A model generated the notes under the pieces. The model saw nothing but the letters and a program-made list of their open reading frames with translations. It had not been told where the DNA came from and made no database searches. From Okamejei kenojei (taxonomy: Eukaryota), in the NCBI GenBank assembly GCA_035221665.1, contig CM069139.1, positions 4,030,001 through 4,094,000 on the forward strand: DNA of 64,000 nt, given 5' to 3'. Every line of letters begins with the position of its first letter. Within the stretch, counting starts at the first letter, position 1. Shown in pieces: positions 1-12,116 of the stretch. The position numbers and the translations under genes were made by a program.

Positions 1-1200
1 GACGCAACAATAACTCTCCTGAACTTTCTGGGGGAGAAAATGGTGTGGAGAGTGTCTAAAAGAAATTACAAGTTTGTAGAACGAGAAGTTAAATATCTAG
101 GACACCGATATAATGCACGATTGGGGATAAAAGGAGAAATCAAACCCGGAAATGGATAGCGGGAATTACCGGATGCCTATAGTGCCGAAGATTAGAAGGG
201 GATTAGGAAGTTTTTGGGACTGATTGGATATTGTAGATTTATGGATAGATGACTATTACCCGACAGGTGAGGTTCTCTATATGATAAATTAGGTGAAGGA
301 AAATGATAAAGTAAGTGGGAATCCGGGGACGAAACCCCAGTTTAGGAAAACCTAAAGAACAGTTTAATCACTGCCCCTGGTACTGGCTCTACGTATATTG
401 GCCAGCCACTTCCTCTTTTTGTGAATGCAGAGAAAATGGAATTGCGCTGGGTAGTACTAACCCAAGAGAAAAGGAGTGGAAGCGGCTCAGCCGTCGCGTT
501 CCTCTCCAATCTCATTGGATCCAGTATCGCGGGGATGGCCAGTATGTATTCAAGCGGGTTAGCAGCCACAGCAGTGTTAGTGGAGGAGGAAAGTAGGAAA
601 TTGACGTTTGGAGGAAACTCTGTTGTGGTGTCCACTCCCCACAGGGTCCGGACGATACTAATCAGAAAGTCCAGTCGTGTGGTTGACGGATTCTAGAATC
701 TTGAACAGTATGAGGTTATACTTATGGAAAAAAGAATGATTTGAACATAGTAACGGCATAAACCAAATTCCCTCTCAGTTTTTGTACTCGGAGGTGCTGA
801 GCAGGAGGGAGTTTACCAGAACAGATTGTAGTGAGATAATAGAATCAGACAAAGAGTAGGGAAGATTTTAGAAGAACGACCGCTTGAGACGGGGAAAGAT
901 GGGTTTATTGCTGGTTTTCCTATGATAGACGGAAAAAAAGGTATAGTGGGTATTATGCTATAATAAACCGGAGAGGGTTTGAATAAAAGAGGAAGGGCGG
1001 CAGGTTACCAAGGAAGTTTGGTCGCGCAAATGTGTGAACTTGTATGCATTACTGAGGGCATTGGAACTATTGAAAAGGGAAAGAAGGAACTGGTGTATAC
1101 GGACTCCAAGTATGCCTTTGGGGGGTACACACCTTTGGGAAAATTGGAAAGGATATACGAGGGATTTGATTTCACACAACTACATTCGCAAACGCACAGG
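1..1200 (+). mobile_element. Endogenous retrovirus pol fragment (class I, gamma/epsilon-like): RT C-terminal half, connection domain and RNase H; frameshifted
   Basis: Across frameshifts the sequence reads DATITLLNFLG...FVEREVKYLG, FLGLIGYCR, VLTQ, VAFLS...DPVSRGWP, LAATAVLVEE.SRKLTFGG...TPH.VR, WLTDSRILK, AQMCEL..LLRALELL and YTDSKYAFG. These are characteristic class I retroviral pol motifs. Truncated by the window start and by the gap. Confidence 0.85.
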
Positions 1201-1353
1201 GGAGCGTCAGGCACTGTGCGACACGACTACTACGGACTTCTTCCTGTAGATTCAATAACAACAAAATCCACTCATCTTATACATTAATATACTCATATAC
1301 AACTTTATCCAACTCATTACCTTCTTCATACCCATTTTTTCTTACAACCACTA

Positions 1354-1853
1354 NNNNNNNNNNNNNNNNNNNNNNNNNNNNNNNNNNNNNNNNNNNNNNN
1401 NNNNNNNNNNNNNNNNNNNNNNNNNNNNNNNNNNNNNNNNNNNNNNNNNNNNNNNNNNNNNNNNNNNNNNNNNNNNNNNNNNNNNNNNNNNNNNNNNNNN
1501 NNNNNNNNNNNNNNNNNNNNNNNNNNNNNNNNNNNNNNNNNNNNNNNNNNNNNNNNNNNNNNNNNNNNNNNNNNNNNNNNNNNNNNNNNNNNNNNNNNNN
1601 NNNNNNNNNNNNNNNNNNNNNNNNNNNNNNNNNNNNNNNNNNNNNNNNNNNNNNNNNNNNNNNNNNNNNNNNNNNNNNNNNNNNNNNNNNNNNNNNNNNN
1701 NNNNNNNNNNNNNNNNNNNNNNNNNNNNNNNNNNNNNNNNNNNNNNNNNNNNNNNNNNNNNNNNNNNNNNNNNNNNNNNNNNNNNNNNNNNNNNNNNNNN
1801 NNNNNNNNNNNNNNNNNNNNNNNNNNNNNNNNNNNNNNNNNNNNNNNNNNNNN
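1354..1853. other. Assembly gap (500 N) followed by poly-G and poly-T low-quality sequence
   Basis: Run of N seen directly; 1854-2100 is G- then T-homopolymer rich. Confidence 0.99.
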
Positions 1854-2099
1854 GGGGGGGGGGGAGGAGGGGGAGGGGGAGGGGGCGGGCGCGGGGGGGG
1901 GGGGGGGGGGAAGGGGGGGCGGGGGACAAGGGGGGGGAGGGGGGGGGGGGGAGGGGGGGGTGGGGGGGGGGGGGGAGTTGGAACAGTTTTTCTTTTTTTT
2001 TTCTTTTTTTTTTTTTTCTTTTTTTTTTTTTTATTTTTTCTTTTTTTTTTTATTTTTTTTTTTTTTTTTTTTCTCCTTTTCTTTCTTTTATTTTTTTAT

Positions 2100-3850
2100 T
2101 TCCCAACTCTCTGCTACTGTTAGGTGGCTGTAACACAACCCCACCAGCGGTTTCTGCCCCTTAGTGTTTTGTAGTATACCTTCTACCGATTTCCACATCT
2201 CTAAGCTTAATTTCCCTTCCTTTCCATTGCTTTAATCTCCTCTCTAACAGCAACGCTACCCCACCTCATTTTCCTTTCTCTATATCAATCCTGAATATTG
2301 ATTTTACCTGGATGTTCAGTCCAGCAATAGTCTACCTGGATGCAATGTCTCCGTGTTCCCATCGATATCGTATTCATTAATATATATCTGCAACGTTCAA
2401 AATGTTCTCCTTATTTCGATTTCTCCTTGCATTGAGACTCAATGCACACTTCAGGGCTTTTCTTTACTAAGCATTTACCCCTTTTACATTTTTGCTGAAA
2501 AAAGTGGCCTTTTTGTTTTTTGACATGCCTGAGGGTTTTGGTCTGACTGCCAGCATCCTTTACCTTTAACCTTGCTACTAATGCTTATACCATCTTTTTT
2601 CTACCTCTGACTCTCTGATCTTGTTCCCATCCCATGACACCTCATTAGTTTAAATTCCTCCCCTCGACTGCTCTAGACAAACACTCCCCCAGTTCATTGG
2701 TTCAATTCCATTCCAAGGTGGCATAACCGTCTCCTGTTGTACCGGTCACACATCCCCACTGGAAACTGTCCCAGTGCCCTTAAAATGTGATTCCCTACCA
2801 CTGGAACCACTTTTCTAGCCATCGTATTCATTTGCATGTTCTCCTATTTATACTATGACTGGCCCGTGGGTAATGGTAAGTATTACGGAAGTATTTCTTC
2901 ACTTTGAGTCCTACTTTTTTGTTTATTCGACTAGCTCACATAAATCACCTTGTAGTACCTCATACACTTTTTTTACCTATAAGCGTTGGTGCCAACATGC
3001 ACCAAGACAACTAGTGTTCACCCTCCCCTCATAGAATGGTCTGCACGCGTCTGTGCATCCCATGACCTTTGCTCCTGGGAGGGAAACAATACACCATCAT
3101 GGAGTCATCGTTTGCAGGCGCTGTTATAGCCGCAGAAACGCATATACATTTCTATTCCCCGGTCACATTTAGGGAATCCCTTTACTATTGCCCTTCCCCT
3201 CCGTTTTTCACCATCTTGTGCTGCATGTTGCAACCCTTGGTGCCATGTTCCTGGCTGAGGCTGCTTCCAAAGGATGTGCATTCTCCATCTAACTGGATCC
3301 AAAAATGGCATATTCCTGTCTTAGGAGGTGTGATGTCCGCGCTGGGGTCTCCGGCCATACTTCCTGCCGTCTGCTTTGCTGGCTTTGGGGCCTCCAGTTA
3401 CGTAGTGTCCTCCTAACTTTTGCCTGCGGTGTGTGTGAACCAACTCAATGCGTCGTGCACATCACACAAGTCTTTCTCCGAATCGTGTATGATCCGTATG
3501 TATCCTGCACGACAGTTCTATCGTTACTATGCGGTTACTGCCTGGTGCTGCAGATGGACTCACTTACCTGCATACGTAGTCACACTGGGTCTCCGAAACT
3601 TCTCCATGTTATCCCAACTTGTTGAAAGGATGCTGCTGCAATCCACGGGGCTGTCATATAATGCCCCATAATTATCCCATTTACTAAAAAAAACACAAAA
3701 ACTTATACATTTAAACTGTACTTGTAAATCACTGAATCCCTAATCTCCAGTATACATACTTCCAGAAGGCAGAAACATGTAAAATTGTTAATACCGGGGT
3801 TGCACCATATAGCTGCTTCCTCGGGTACATCTTCCACACAATTCAGCATG
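2100..3850 (-). mobile_element. CR1 LINE 5' portion (part of 5'UTR, ORF1, start of ORF2 endonuclease), degraded
   Basis: The reverse complement is colinear with 62330-63960 (e.g. GGTGCAACCCCGG...TTTCTGCCTTCTGG at ~3765-3805 and the GGGVALLVREEI and VYRPPNSSREV coding stretches). Many indels. Confidence 0.85.
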
Positions 3851-3859
3851 CTCTTCCTC

Positions 3860-4885
3860 AAAATAATTATTCCCTCTTCTCCATTTGGGAAAGTTTTGAT
3901 CTCAATGGATTCGGTATAACCTCTGGAAACACATGCCCCGCGCGTCTGATTTGGTATATTATTGTTCTTGGTGAAGTTAGAGGGAGAAGGGTTAATTAAT
4001 TTATTTGTTATCCCATTTATATCAAGTTTTTCTTGACTTTTTAATGGATATGTCTATTTGTAATAAAAAACAGAAATGGGTTTTTGGATATGAAATTTAT
4101 TATTACTGTTGAAATTTGGGAAATGGACATGTCACTTGGGCCATAGCTGACAATGCAGCCCCTCTTGGAGGGAGTTTGTTTGGAAATATTAATAATGAGA
4201 GTATTTAGGTACCCCTTCCTTAGTGTTGGCACAATGATGATTACGTATCACCTCAAATCTATGCTGGAGACTATGTGGGGAAGATCGGTGTGGTTCATAC
4301 ACTTTTATTTTGGGATTGTCCCTATTGTTACATTACTGGAGGACTTCCAGGTTGATGAGATTGAATTATATTCGGGGAGGGATTCTACCTTTGGTCCATG
4401 CTTGTTTTTTACATGGAGATCCTACTGATGTGGACAGATTTATTCAAAATCCGAAATTATTTGCCTTGGGGTGATGCTGTTTTGATTGCTTTATAATTAT
4501 GGTTATTTACAGTGCTATGGAGAATGGGTATGCCAACCAAATGTTCAAACTGTGGAGAGATTGATTGATAATTGTATAACTTGTAGGATGGTATAACTGC
4601 TTAACCTCCAGTTGTGGACTATTGCCTTTTTATTATTTGGAAACCGGTTACTATTACAAATGGACCACAAGATTGTTTAAGGTTATGATTGGATGTGCTT
4701 GCTTATGGTGCTATCAAGTGAATATGATGCTTCTATGTTTGAATGTTTAAGAGGTTGTGCATGCGTTGCCTATTGAGGTTAGGTGTGATTTGTTTTTGTC
4801 ATTTTATTTTGTCTCCCTTGCGTTTTTATTTGTTTTGTCTGTATTGTGTATTTTGTTATGTCAATAATGTCGAGTTCATAATAAA
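3860..4885 (+). mobile_element. L1-clade LINE, 3' end of ORF2 and 3'UTR, degraded
   Basis: WREFVWK (~4166), CWRLCGE...H..FWDCP (~4262-4322; the L1 ORF2 C-terminal Cys/His motif), IWKP (~4635), then a T-rich 3'UTR with AATAAA near 4880. Confidence 0.65.
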
Positions 4886-4899
4886 TGTCCTAAAACTGA

Positions 4900-5530
4900 A
4901 GTCTTCAGATGATAATTAGCCATGAGAGCAGAATTGGTCTCCTCATGGTTGCGCAACAACTCTTTCATGGGCTGTTTAGCCCTCCCAACCTCATTTCTAT
5001 GCTTTTCCCGTAAATCTGACACTGGATATATGCAGAGTAATGGAAGGGTTTTGTATAACTGGGAGGGGGGGACTGGATTAACAGATGGTTTTAGCATCAT
5101 TGTTTCGGCAAGAGAAAGTGGGCTGAACTGATTGTTCTTGCGCTCATTATGTTCCATACAATGTTACAGTCCACAGTTCAGAGCGCGGTGACAACAGTTC
5201 TCTCCTCGCTGGCAGGTAGTCCTCTCACTGACTTTAGTCAAAGTGTGGGCAGGATCGGTTGTCTGAGGTGTGTGTGTCTAGTTGGACGGTGCTGTGATGT
5301 TGCTGGTCCTTGTGCTTCACAATTTTCCTACCTCTTACTTACCTCTAAATTTTAATCTCTTTTCTGGCCCCGATTGCACTTTTTTTGCTCCACCACTGTC
5401 TCGGTAGGATAGACACAATTTGGTGGAGTTACTCAGCAAGAAAGGCTGATGCTCTGGTGGGGTATAGGTATCGGGGGGGAGGGGGGTGAGTTCGGGTCGA
5501 GTCCATTCATTGTACTGAATACGTAACACC
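4900..5530 (-). CDS. Possible degraded nesprin-2 spectrin-repeat exon(s)
   Basis: Non-repetitive sequence. The ORF piece PVSDLREKHRNEVGRAKQPMKELLRNHEE is helical and weakly resembles nesprin-2 (recalled SVSDLFNTKK...). A strong minus-strand donor (GAG|GTAAGT) lies at ~5337-5345. Boundaries are unresolved. Confidence 0.25.
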
Positions 5531-6786
5531 AATTCTTCTCTCCAGAGTTGCTGCCTGTCCTGCTGTATTTTCTCCAGCTTTTTGTGTCCTATCTTCGATT
5601 TAAACCTGCCTCTGCAGTTCCTTACTAAAGGTTTTTCCTGAGGGTATGGATGAGCTGAGAGACGGGGAGTGGAGCTGGAATTTTGTATTCTTACTGGACT
5701 ATGTGAGTGATGTCATCCATTTTTAGTCAATGCCATCTATGCTTGTACCATTTTTCCACATTTGGGGGGGGGGCCCCCATATACTCTAATGCATTTACTA
5801 TCTTTGACATCCGTCAAATTGTCTTTTAATCTTGTAGTTATAGTACAACTGCCTCTTCTTCACTCCTCTTGGCTGCTCGCTCTATTCACCCTCCTCCTTT
5901 GTGTGTAAAAGTTGCAACCTCAGGTTCTATAATTCTTGGCCTCACGTCTCACGTTTAAAATACCAGATGTCCTATGGGTCCCTGTCTTGGTAATATGACT
6001 TTACATTCACCTATTCAATTCCCGCTATTGTTTTTTTCACCTCCCTGATAAGTTCACCCTCATCAACCTGCTCTTCCAGGAATAAGTAGTGGTGGGAAGG
6101 CCCACAGACATTTGTATGAATGGATTCATTAATATGTTTTTTGGCTAATGTATTCACACCAAGGAACTTTGCCTTGGTGCTCTGCCCGGCAAGAGTGACC
6201 AACATGACGTTACAGTGAGAAGTTAGGTATGAAACAACAAAACATTAATCATATTTAACATTATAGATTATTTCATGCTGAAATTAAATAAATTACTGCC
6301 CTTTGACATTTAAACATTGTTATTGCGCCTTCCTTCAACTACTTCTGGCATCCACTTCTTACATCTATGATTTAATCCTGCAGCGGAGTGGTTTTCAGGC
6401 AGGTCTGGTCTTGCTTGGTCTTGTTTTTTGTACAAAGTGAGTGCTTCCTGTCTTCCATGTCATTTCTATGTGTCCGGGACTTACTCCCTCTATCTGTCAT
6501 CCGTCTTTCTCTGTTCCATTTCAGTACTTATGACAATATAACACTTTCGACATCTCTCTCACCCTCCCTCCTTTCCCCTCTCCTCTCCTCTCCTTCTCTC
6601 CTCCTCTCCTTTCTCCCATTTCATTCGCATGGCCCTTCTTTCTCTTTCTTCCGCTCTCTTTCTGTCTCTTACACTTTGTTGTTTCTTGTGTTTGCCCCTT
6701 TCACCATCTCTCTCTCTCTGCCTCTCTATTATTTCTCTCTAGCCCTCATTGACAGTGCACCTATGCGCTGAAAATCTCGGACTTAC

Positions 6787-6890
6787 AGAGGGTTTCGGAT
6801 AGTGGGTGGGTGGGGAATGTTTTCCAGCTCCTGCCTCTCTGTGTGAATCGGCTGCTGTCTGTCCCTGTCCTATCCCATTCACCAGCACCC
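6787..6890 (-). CDS. Possible degraded nesprin-2 exon
   Basis: Minus-strand donor CT|GTAAGT at ~6781-6788. SSRFTQRG(Q)ELEN-like translation lies where the exon after ...LWDEL... is expected. Frameshifted. Confidence 0.3.
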
Positions 6891-7212
6891 ACATTGTGCG
6901 TTTTGCCCTGGCTAGGTAGCACCTTCACTCCACTCTGTTCTGACGACCGTCCGCGAGGTGGCCGAGCAGCAGGACTCAAGCTTGTTTATACGGTGAGCAA
7001 AGTGAAAACTACAACTGTGTGTGTGGGAGGAGCAGACTGTCGCCTCAGTCCCTCGCTCACTAAACATGCGTCTGGATATTTGCAATGTAGCAACAAGAAG
7101 ATGTGAACGAAGACAGCCTTAATCTATTTGAGTGTTTAATGTGTTACCCGTCTTGTACAGTGAAAACGCCACCCTCCACTGTTCTGTGTTTAATTAATTC
7201 CACAGACATCTA

Positions 7213-8135
7213 GTGAGGGAGTGGCAGCACAGCGGGGGGGGGGGGGGGGGGCCGGGGGGGGGGGGGGGAGGGGTGGGGGGTGAGGGAGTGCTGCACATGT
7301 GGGTGCAGGGGGGGGGGGGGCCCAGTGAGGTACAGTGCTCCACACAGCGGGGGGGGGGGTGAGGGAGTGCCCACACTGTGGGGGGGGGGGGTGGGTGAGG
7401 GACAGTGATGCACTGCCATGCTCGTGGGGAGGGGGGGGGGGTGAGGGAGCTCATATTGATGCACTGTGGGGAGGGGGTATGTGAGGGTGAGGCACCGCAC
7501 TGTGGGGGGCGGGGGGGGGTTGAGGGAAAGTGCACACTGTGTGGGGGGGGGGGGTGAGGGGTGCTGGTCACACGGTGGGGGGGGGGGGTGAGGGGCCACA
7601 GCGCCCACTGTGGGGGGGGGGTGAGGGAGTGTCACACGGGGGGGGGGTGAGGGAGTGTCCACAGGGTGAGGGAGTGTGTGGGGGGGAGGTGAGGAGTGCA
7701 CACTCGTTGGGGGGGGGGAGAGGAGTGTCACACTGTGGGGGGGGGGGTGATGGAGGTGTCAACACTGTGGGGGGGGGTGAGGGGAGTGTCACACTGTGTG
7801 GGGAGGGGGGGCTGGTGACGGGAGTGTCTCTACTGTGGGGGGGGGGGGTGAGGAGACAGTTGTCACACTGTGGGGGGGGGGGGTGACGGGACAACGAGTG
7901 TGTGGGAGTGAGGGAGTGTCACCACTGTGGGGGGGGGGGTGAGTGGGGAGTGTCACACTGTGGGGGGGGGGGGGGGGGTGTCACACAGTGGGGGGGGGGT
8001 GACGCAACGAGTACGTGTCACACTGTGGGGGGGGGGGGGGGAGTGAGGGAGTGTCACCACTGTGGGGCAGGGGGGGTTGTGGGAGTGTCACACTGTGGGG
8101 GGGGGGGTGAGGGAGAGTGCCACACTGTGGGGGGG
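7213..8135. repeat. G-rich minisatellite (GTGAGGGAGTGTCACACTGT-G(n))
   Basis: Many imperfect copies with variable G-run length; a related patch lies at 9350-9515. Confidence 0.9.
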
Positions 8136-8150
8136 CAGCATTTCTCCAAC

Positions 8151-8288
8151 CTCCAGCACCGCCTCCTCCCCCGGGGGCACCTGTCTCCGTCTCGCCGCCC
8201 ATCCGCTGCAGCCACACTCACGCAGCTCATCCCACAGACGCAGGGCTTGCTGCAGGCTGCAGCCGTAATTCTGCAACCATTCTGTCAC
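8151..8288 (-). CDS. SYNE2: Nesprin-2 spectrin-repeat exon (VTEWLQNYGCSLQQALRLWDEL...EEAVLE)
   Basis: Acceptor CCGACAG|GTG and donor GAG|GTTGGA; 138 nt, phase 0-0. Resembles human INEKTEDYYENLGRALALWDKL (recalled). An alternative donor CAG|GTGCCC at ~8180 is possible. Confidence 0.8.
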
Positions 8289-8399
8289 CTGTCGGGGAAC
8301 ATGGGATTAGCACGGAACACCACCATGGGGCATTCACACGGAACACTGACACGGGGCAAGCACACAGGACGTGCACATACCATGCACATGCACATACCA

Positions 8400-8660
8400 A
8401 GTGCACATGGGTAGTGCATGTGTCACACACGTCGTGCACATATGAAACATGCACACATGGATTGTGTACCTGTCACGCACATGGGTAGTGCATGTGTCAC
8501 ACACACGTCGTGCACATATGAAACATGCACACAGGTCACATGCACACATGGATTGTGTACCTGTCACGCACATGGGTAGTGCATGTGCCACACACATCCT
8601 GTCACTCATCAATGGATCTGCACATGGAACATGGACACGGGTCACACGCACACATTACAC
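8400..8660. repeat. ~75-90 bp tandem repeat (GCACATGGGTAGTGCATGTGTCACACACGTCG...)
   Basis: About three copies starting near 8403, 8477 and 8568. Confidence 0.85.
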
Positions 8661-8899
8661 ACGTGGATCGTGCTCTCATTCCCCCCCTCCCTGAGTCAGA
8701 CACTCCAGCCCCTGCTGTCCCGGCCAACTCACCCCAACCCTCACCTCAGCCTCCACACCACACCCCAGGGGGCCGTCCCTGGGCCTTTGGGTGTCCAGCC
8801 CCAGTAACTCAGCGGGTCGGACAGCATCTGTGGAGAACATGGATAGGTGACATTTAGGGTCAGGATGCTGCCTGACCCGCTGAGTTACTCCAGCACTCA

Positions 8900-9095
8900 G
8901 CGATCACCCATTCACACTAGTTCTATGTTATCCTACGTTCTCATCCACTCACTACACAGTCGGTGCAATTTACAGAGGGCCAATTAACCTACATAATCCC
9001 TACACATCTTTGGGATGTGGGAGGAAACCCTCGCGGGGTCACAGGGTGAGAAACGAGGTAGAATGTGCAAACTCCACATTGACAGCGCCCGAGGT
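8900..9095 (-). mobile_element. tRNA-derived V-SINE (HE1-like) fragment
   Basis: The reverse complement contains GGAGTTTGCACATTCT...TTCCTCCCACATCCCAAAGA, the V-domain core repeated elsewhere in the window. Confidence 0.7.
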
Positions 9096-9102
9096 CACTT
9101 AC

Positions 9103-9261
9103 ATCGAGCCAGCGGTCCACCAGCTCGTCTACCTCCCGCTGGAATGGCGAGCTTCCAGTGTCCATGAACGGTCTCAGCTCCGAGTGCAGATGCTGACAGA
9201 TCTTCCTCAATCCATCCAGCTGTTCCTGCTTGGTGCCAAACTCACGCCTCATCTCCTCGAT
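9103..9261 (-). CDS. SYNE2: Nesprin-2 spectrin-repeat exon (IEEMRREFGTKQEQLDGLRKICQHL...PFQREVDELVDRWLD)
   Basis: CTCAG|ATC acceptor and GAT|GTAAGT donor; 159 nt, phase 0-0. Matches recalled human IEIVKEEF...PFEKEANIIVDRWLD. Confidence 0.92.
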
Positions 9262-9697
9262 CTGAGGCAGCAAAGGAGGAGATTCGTCAGCCCATCAGCC
9301 TGTGCCAACCTGCTCTGGGGCACTTGCAATGGAGGGTAGAAACAGTACTGAGGGAGGGGCGCGGGGGTGAGAGGAGCGCCGCAATGTGGGGGGGGGGGGG
9401 GGTGGGGTGAGGGTAGCACCACACTGGGGGGGGGGGGGGGGGGGTGAGAGGGCATCACACTGTGGGAGGGGGAGGGCGAGGGGTGGTGAGAAAGCGCCGC
9501 ACTGTGGGGGGGGGGTTGTTGTTTCCGTGCTGTCTGCCTACGAGGGTAGTTGTGAAATATCTAATGAAGCAATTGTGGGATTTAGGAGCGTCGATCGGCA
9601 TTTATCCCTTTTCACCCCAGAGATACACAGAGATCCATCATACTGAAACAATATCGCAGCTTCCCGCACAGGACTCGATGCCACCACACACACCTAC

Positions 9698-9848
9698 CTC
9701 AGTCAGCAGCTGCCCAAGCCTTTCTTTCCCCATGTACGAGGCATGTTGTTGAATCAGACCCTCGCCTTTCCCAATGGTGGACCTTAGATCCTTCTTGTGG
9801 CTTCGAAATTCCCTGAGGAATGCCATGATCACAAAGCACTGGTCCTTC
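9698..9848 (-). CDS. SYNE2: Nesprin-2 spectrin-repeat exon (KDQCFVIMAFLREF...QHASYMGKERLGQLLTE)
   Basis: CTGCAG|G acceptor and GAG|GTAGGT donor; 151 nt, phase 2-0, compatible with both neighbours. Contains the nesprin-2 ASYMGKE motif. Confidence 0.92.
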
Positions 9849-10827
9849 CTGCAGACACAAGGTAACGGCATTGTCAAAAGCTCCTGTTCAACAAAGGTTT
9901 ACAACTGTAATTGTTGTCTTAATTTCCAGTGACACCTATTAAAGAAGTTACAGGTTCGATCCCAACATCCGGCATTGAGTGTATGTGGAGTTTGCACGTT
10001 CTCTGTGTGGCCCCCACAGCCCTGTATCAACCCCACCATCATCCCAATGCCACAGAAGGTCCACGGACCATACCATCGCCTTAGCCCTACACTCATCCCA
10101 AGAACTCCTGGATAAGAGGGACACGTCAGACTCCTATTCATAGACTACAGCTCTGCCTTTTATACCATCCAAGCTTATCACCTAACTCGTGTGACTTAGT
10201 GCCAGCTCTCATCTCTACAACAGGATCCTCGACTTCCTGACCAGCCGAGCACAATCAGTGAGGATAGGGGACAAATCACCCTCTACGATAATACTCAACA
10301 CGGGGGCTCCGCAAGGCTGCGTTCTCAGCCCCCTTCTTTACTCCTTGTACACCCACCACTGTGCAGCCAAGTGCAAATCTAATTACATTTTCAAATTTGC
10401 AGACGACACCACCATTTTGGGCCGGATATCAAATAATGATGAGACTGAGTAGAGGAAGGAGATCGAGAACCTCGTGTCCTGGTGTGTTGTCAACAACTTT
10501 TCTCAACGTCAGCAACAAAAAGGAGATAGTGCTGGACTTCAGGAAGTGAACACATACCCCAGTTTGCATTGACGGTGCCGAAGTAGAGAAGATTGAAAAC
10601 GTAAAATTCCTCAAAGTCAATATCACCAACAACTTCTGGACCATGCATATTGAAGCAACGACCAAGAATGCACACCAACGCCTCTACTTCCTTAGAAGGG
10701 TTAAGAAGTTTGGCATGTCCCCTACAACTCTCACCATAGAAATCATTTTATCAGGATGCATCACAGCTCGGTTTATGAACAGCTCCATCCAAGACCACAA
10801 GAAACTGCAGTGAGTTGTGGAAGCAGC

Positions 10828-11657
10828 TGTAGTGACAATTTCAGCTAAAACTAAAATCTGTGAAACGGAAGTAGTCTTTTTGTGTATTATAAAGTTATCA
10901 GTGAATTAGCAGCCATACAGTTTCCGGGGGTCTTGGAAAACAAGTTGATCTCGTGTGCACGGGAGGAAAGGCTGCGTTGGCGAACAGAACACAGCCCTCA
11001 ACTCCGTGTGTGAGTAGATGGTATACAAAAAGCTGGAGAACACAGCGGGTGCTTAGCAGCATCTAAGGGTGAGGAAGCCGAGATAGGCGACGTTTCGGGT
11101 CGAGTCAACCTTCTTCAGACTCGAACCGAAACGTCGCCTATCTCCTTCGCTCCTTAGATGCTGCTTCACCCGCTGAGTTTCTCCAGCTTTTTGTATACCC
11201 TCGATTCTCCAGCATCTGCAGTTCCTTCTTTAAAAAACCTATGCGTGGTGGAGTAGATGTTCCTACAATGTCTGGGTGATCTGAGCAAAACAACAGCAAT
11301 GTTGGGTCGACCACCCGCGCCCCGTGCCTCTAATAGCGGTGAAATGTTGCAGACAAGGGGGGCTTATGATTGGCTCGGGGAGCGGGCAGTGGTGCGGTCT
11401 GCTCTGATAAGAAATGCCATAAAGATTGGTGTTGGGTGCATTTTCGGTGAGAACCGCAGCCTTGGACCGTGTCGCTGACGGTGCCAGGTGATCTTGAACA
11501 TAACACCCTGCGGCGTGCTCTGCTGTGTACTCGGGGTTTGTGAGTACACTGGGGGATATTCGGGGATACGCGAGTAAATGTGCCTTCTTTAGTAGTGTAA
11601 TCATTACTGTGTGAATCAAAACTCTTATCTGAATCCAGTGATTTATCGAACACAACA
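10828..11657. mobile_element. Solo LTR with TGT...ACA termini and 5-bp target-site duplication
   Basis: Starts TGTAGTG and ends CACAACA; GCAGC lies on both sides (10823-10827 and 11658-11662); it interrupts the Rex RT. Confidence 0.75.
11020..11240. mobile_element. Palindromic Penelope-derived short element with hammerhead-like core
   Basis: Perfect 21-bp outer inverted arms (11020-11040 and 11179-11199) with inner arms continuing imperfectly. The minus strand has CTGAAGA...GACCCGAAACGTC at ~11088-11118. GAGTAGATG is duplicated at 11012-11020 and 11251-11259. Confidence 0.75.
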
Positions 11658-12116
11658 GCAGCCCAGACCATCACACAAAACAACCTCCAGCCTTTTGTGT
11701 ACCCTCCCTATTATTGGCTCCATTTATACCTCAAGCTGCCTCGGCAAGGCCAGCAGCTTCATCAAGGACCAGTCGCACCCTGGCCACTCCCTCTTCTCCC
11801 CTTTCCCATCAGGCAAAAGGTACAGATGTGTGAAAACGCACACCACCAGACTCCTACAGTTTCTTCCCAGCTGTTATCAGGTAACTGAATCATCCTGCCA
11901 CATTAGAGCAACGCTGAACTACTATCTACCTCTTTGGTTACCCTTGGACTAACCTTGATCAGACTTTGCTGGCTTTACCTTGCACTAAACGTTATTCCCT
12001 TATCATGCATCTATACACTGTAAATAGCTCGATTGTAATCATGTATTGTCTCTGCTGACTGGATATCACGCAACAAAAGCTTTTCACGACCTGGAAATCT
12101 AAACTGTAAACCGACT

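Larger units (their letters stand above)
10040..12105 (+). mobile_element. Rex/Babar-clade LINE 3' half (RT and 3'UTR), interrupted at 10828-11657
   Basis: [44 protein letters not shown] and KFADDTT. The sequence resumes (GCAGCCCAGACCATCACAC) immediately after the insertion. Confidence 0.88.

Noticed and set aside
4520-4600. Retroviral integrase zinc finger (DNCITC) continuing the ERV
   Set aside because: The surrounding motifs (WREFVWK, CWRLCG, FWDCP, IWKP) fit an L1 ORF2 C-terminus, and no DDE core follows.
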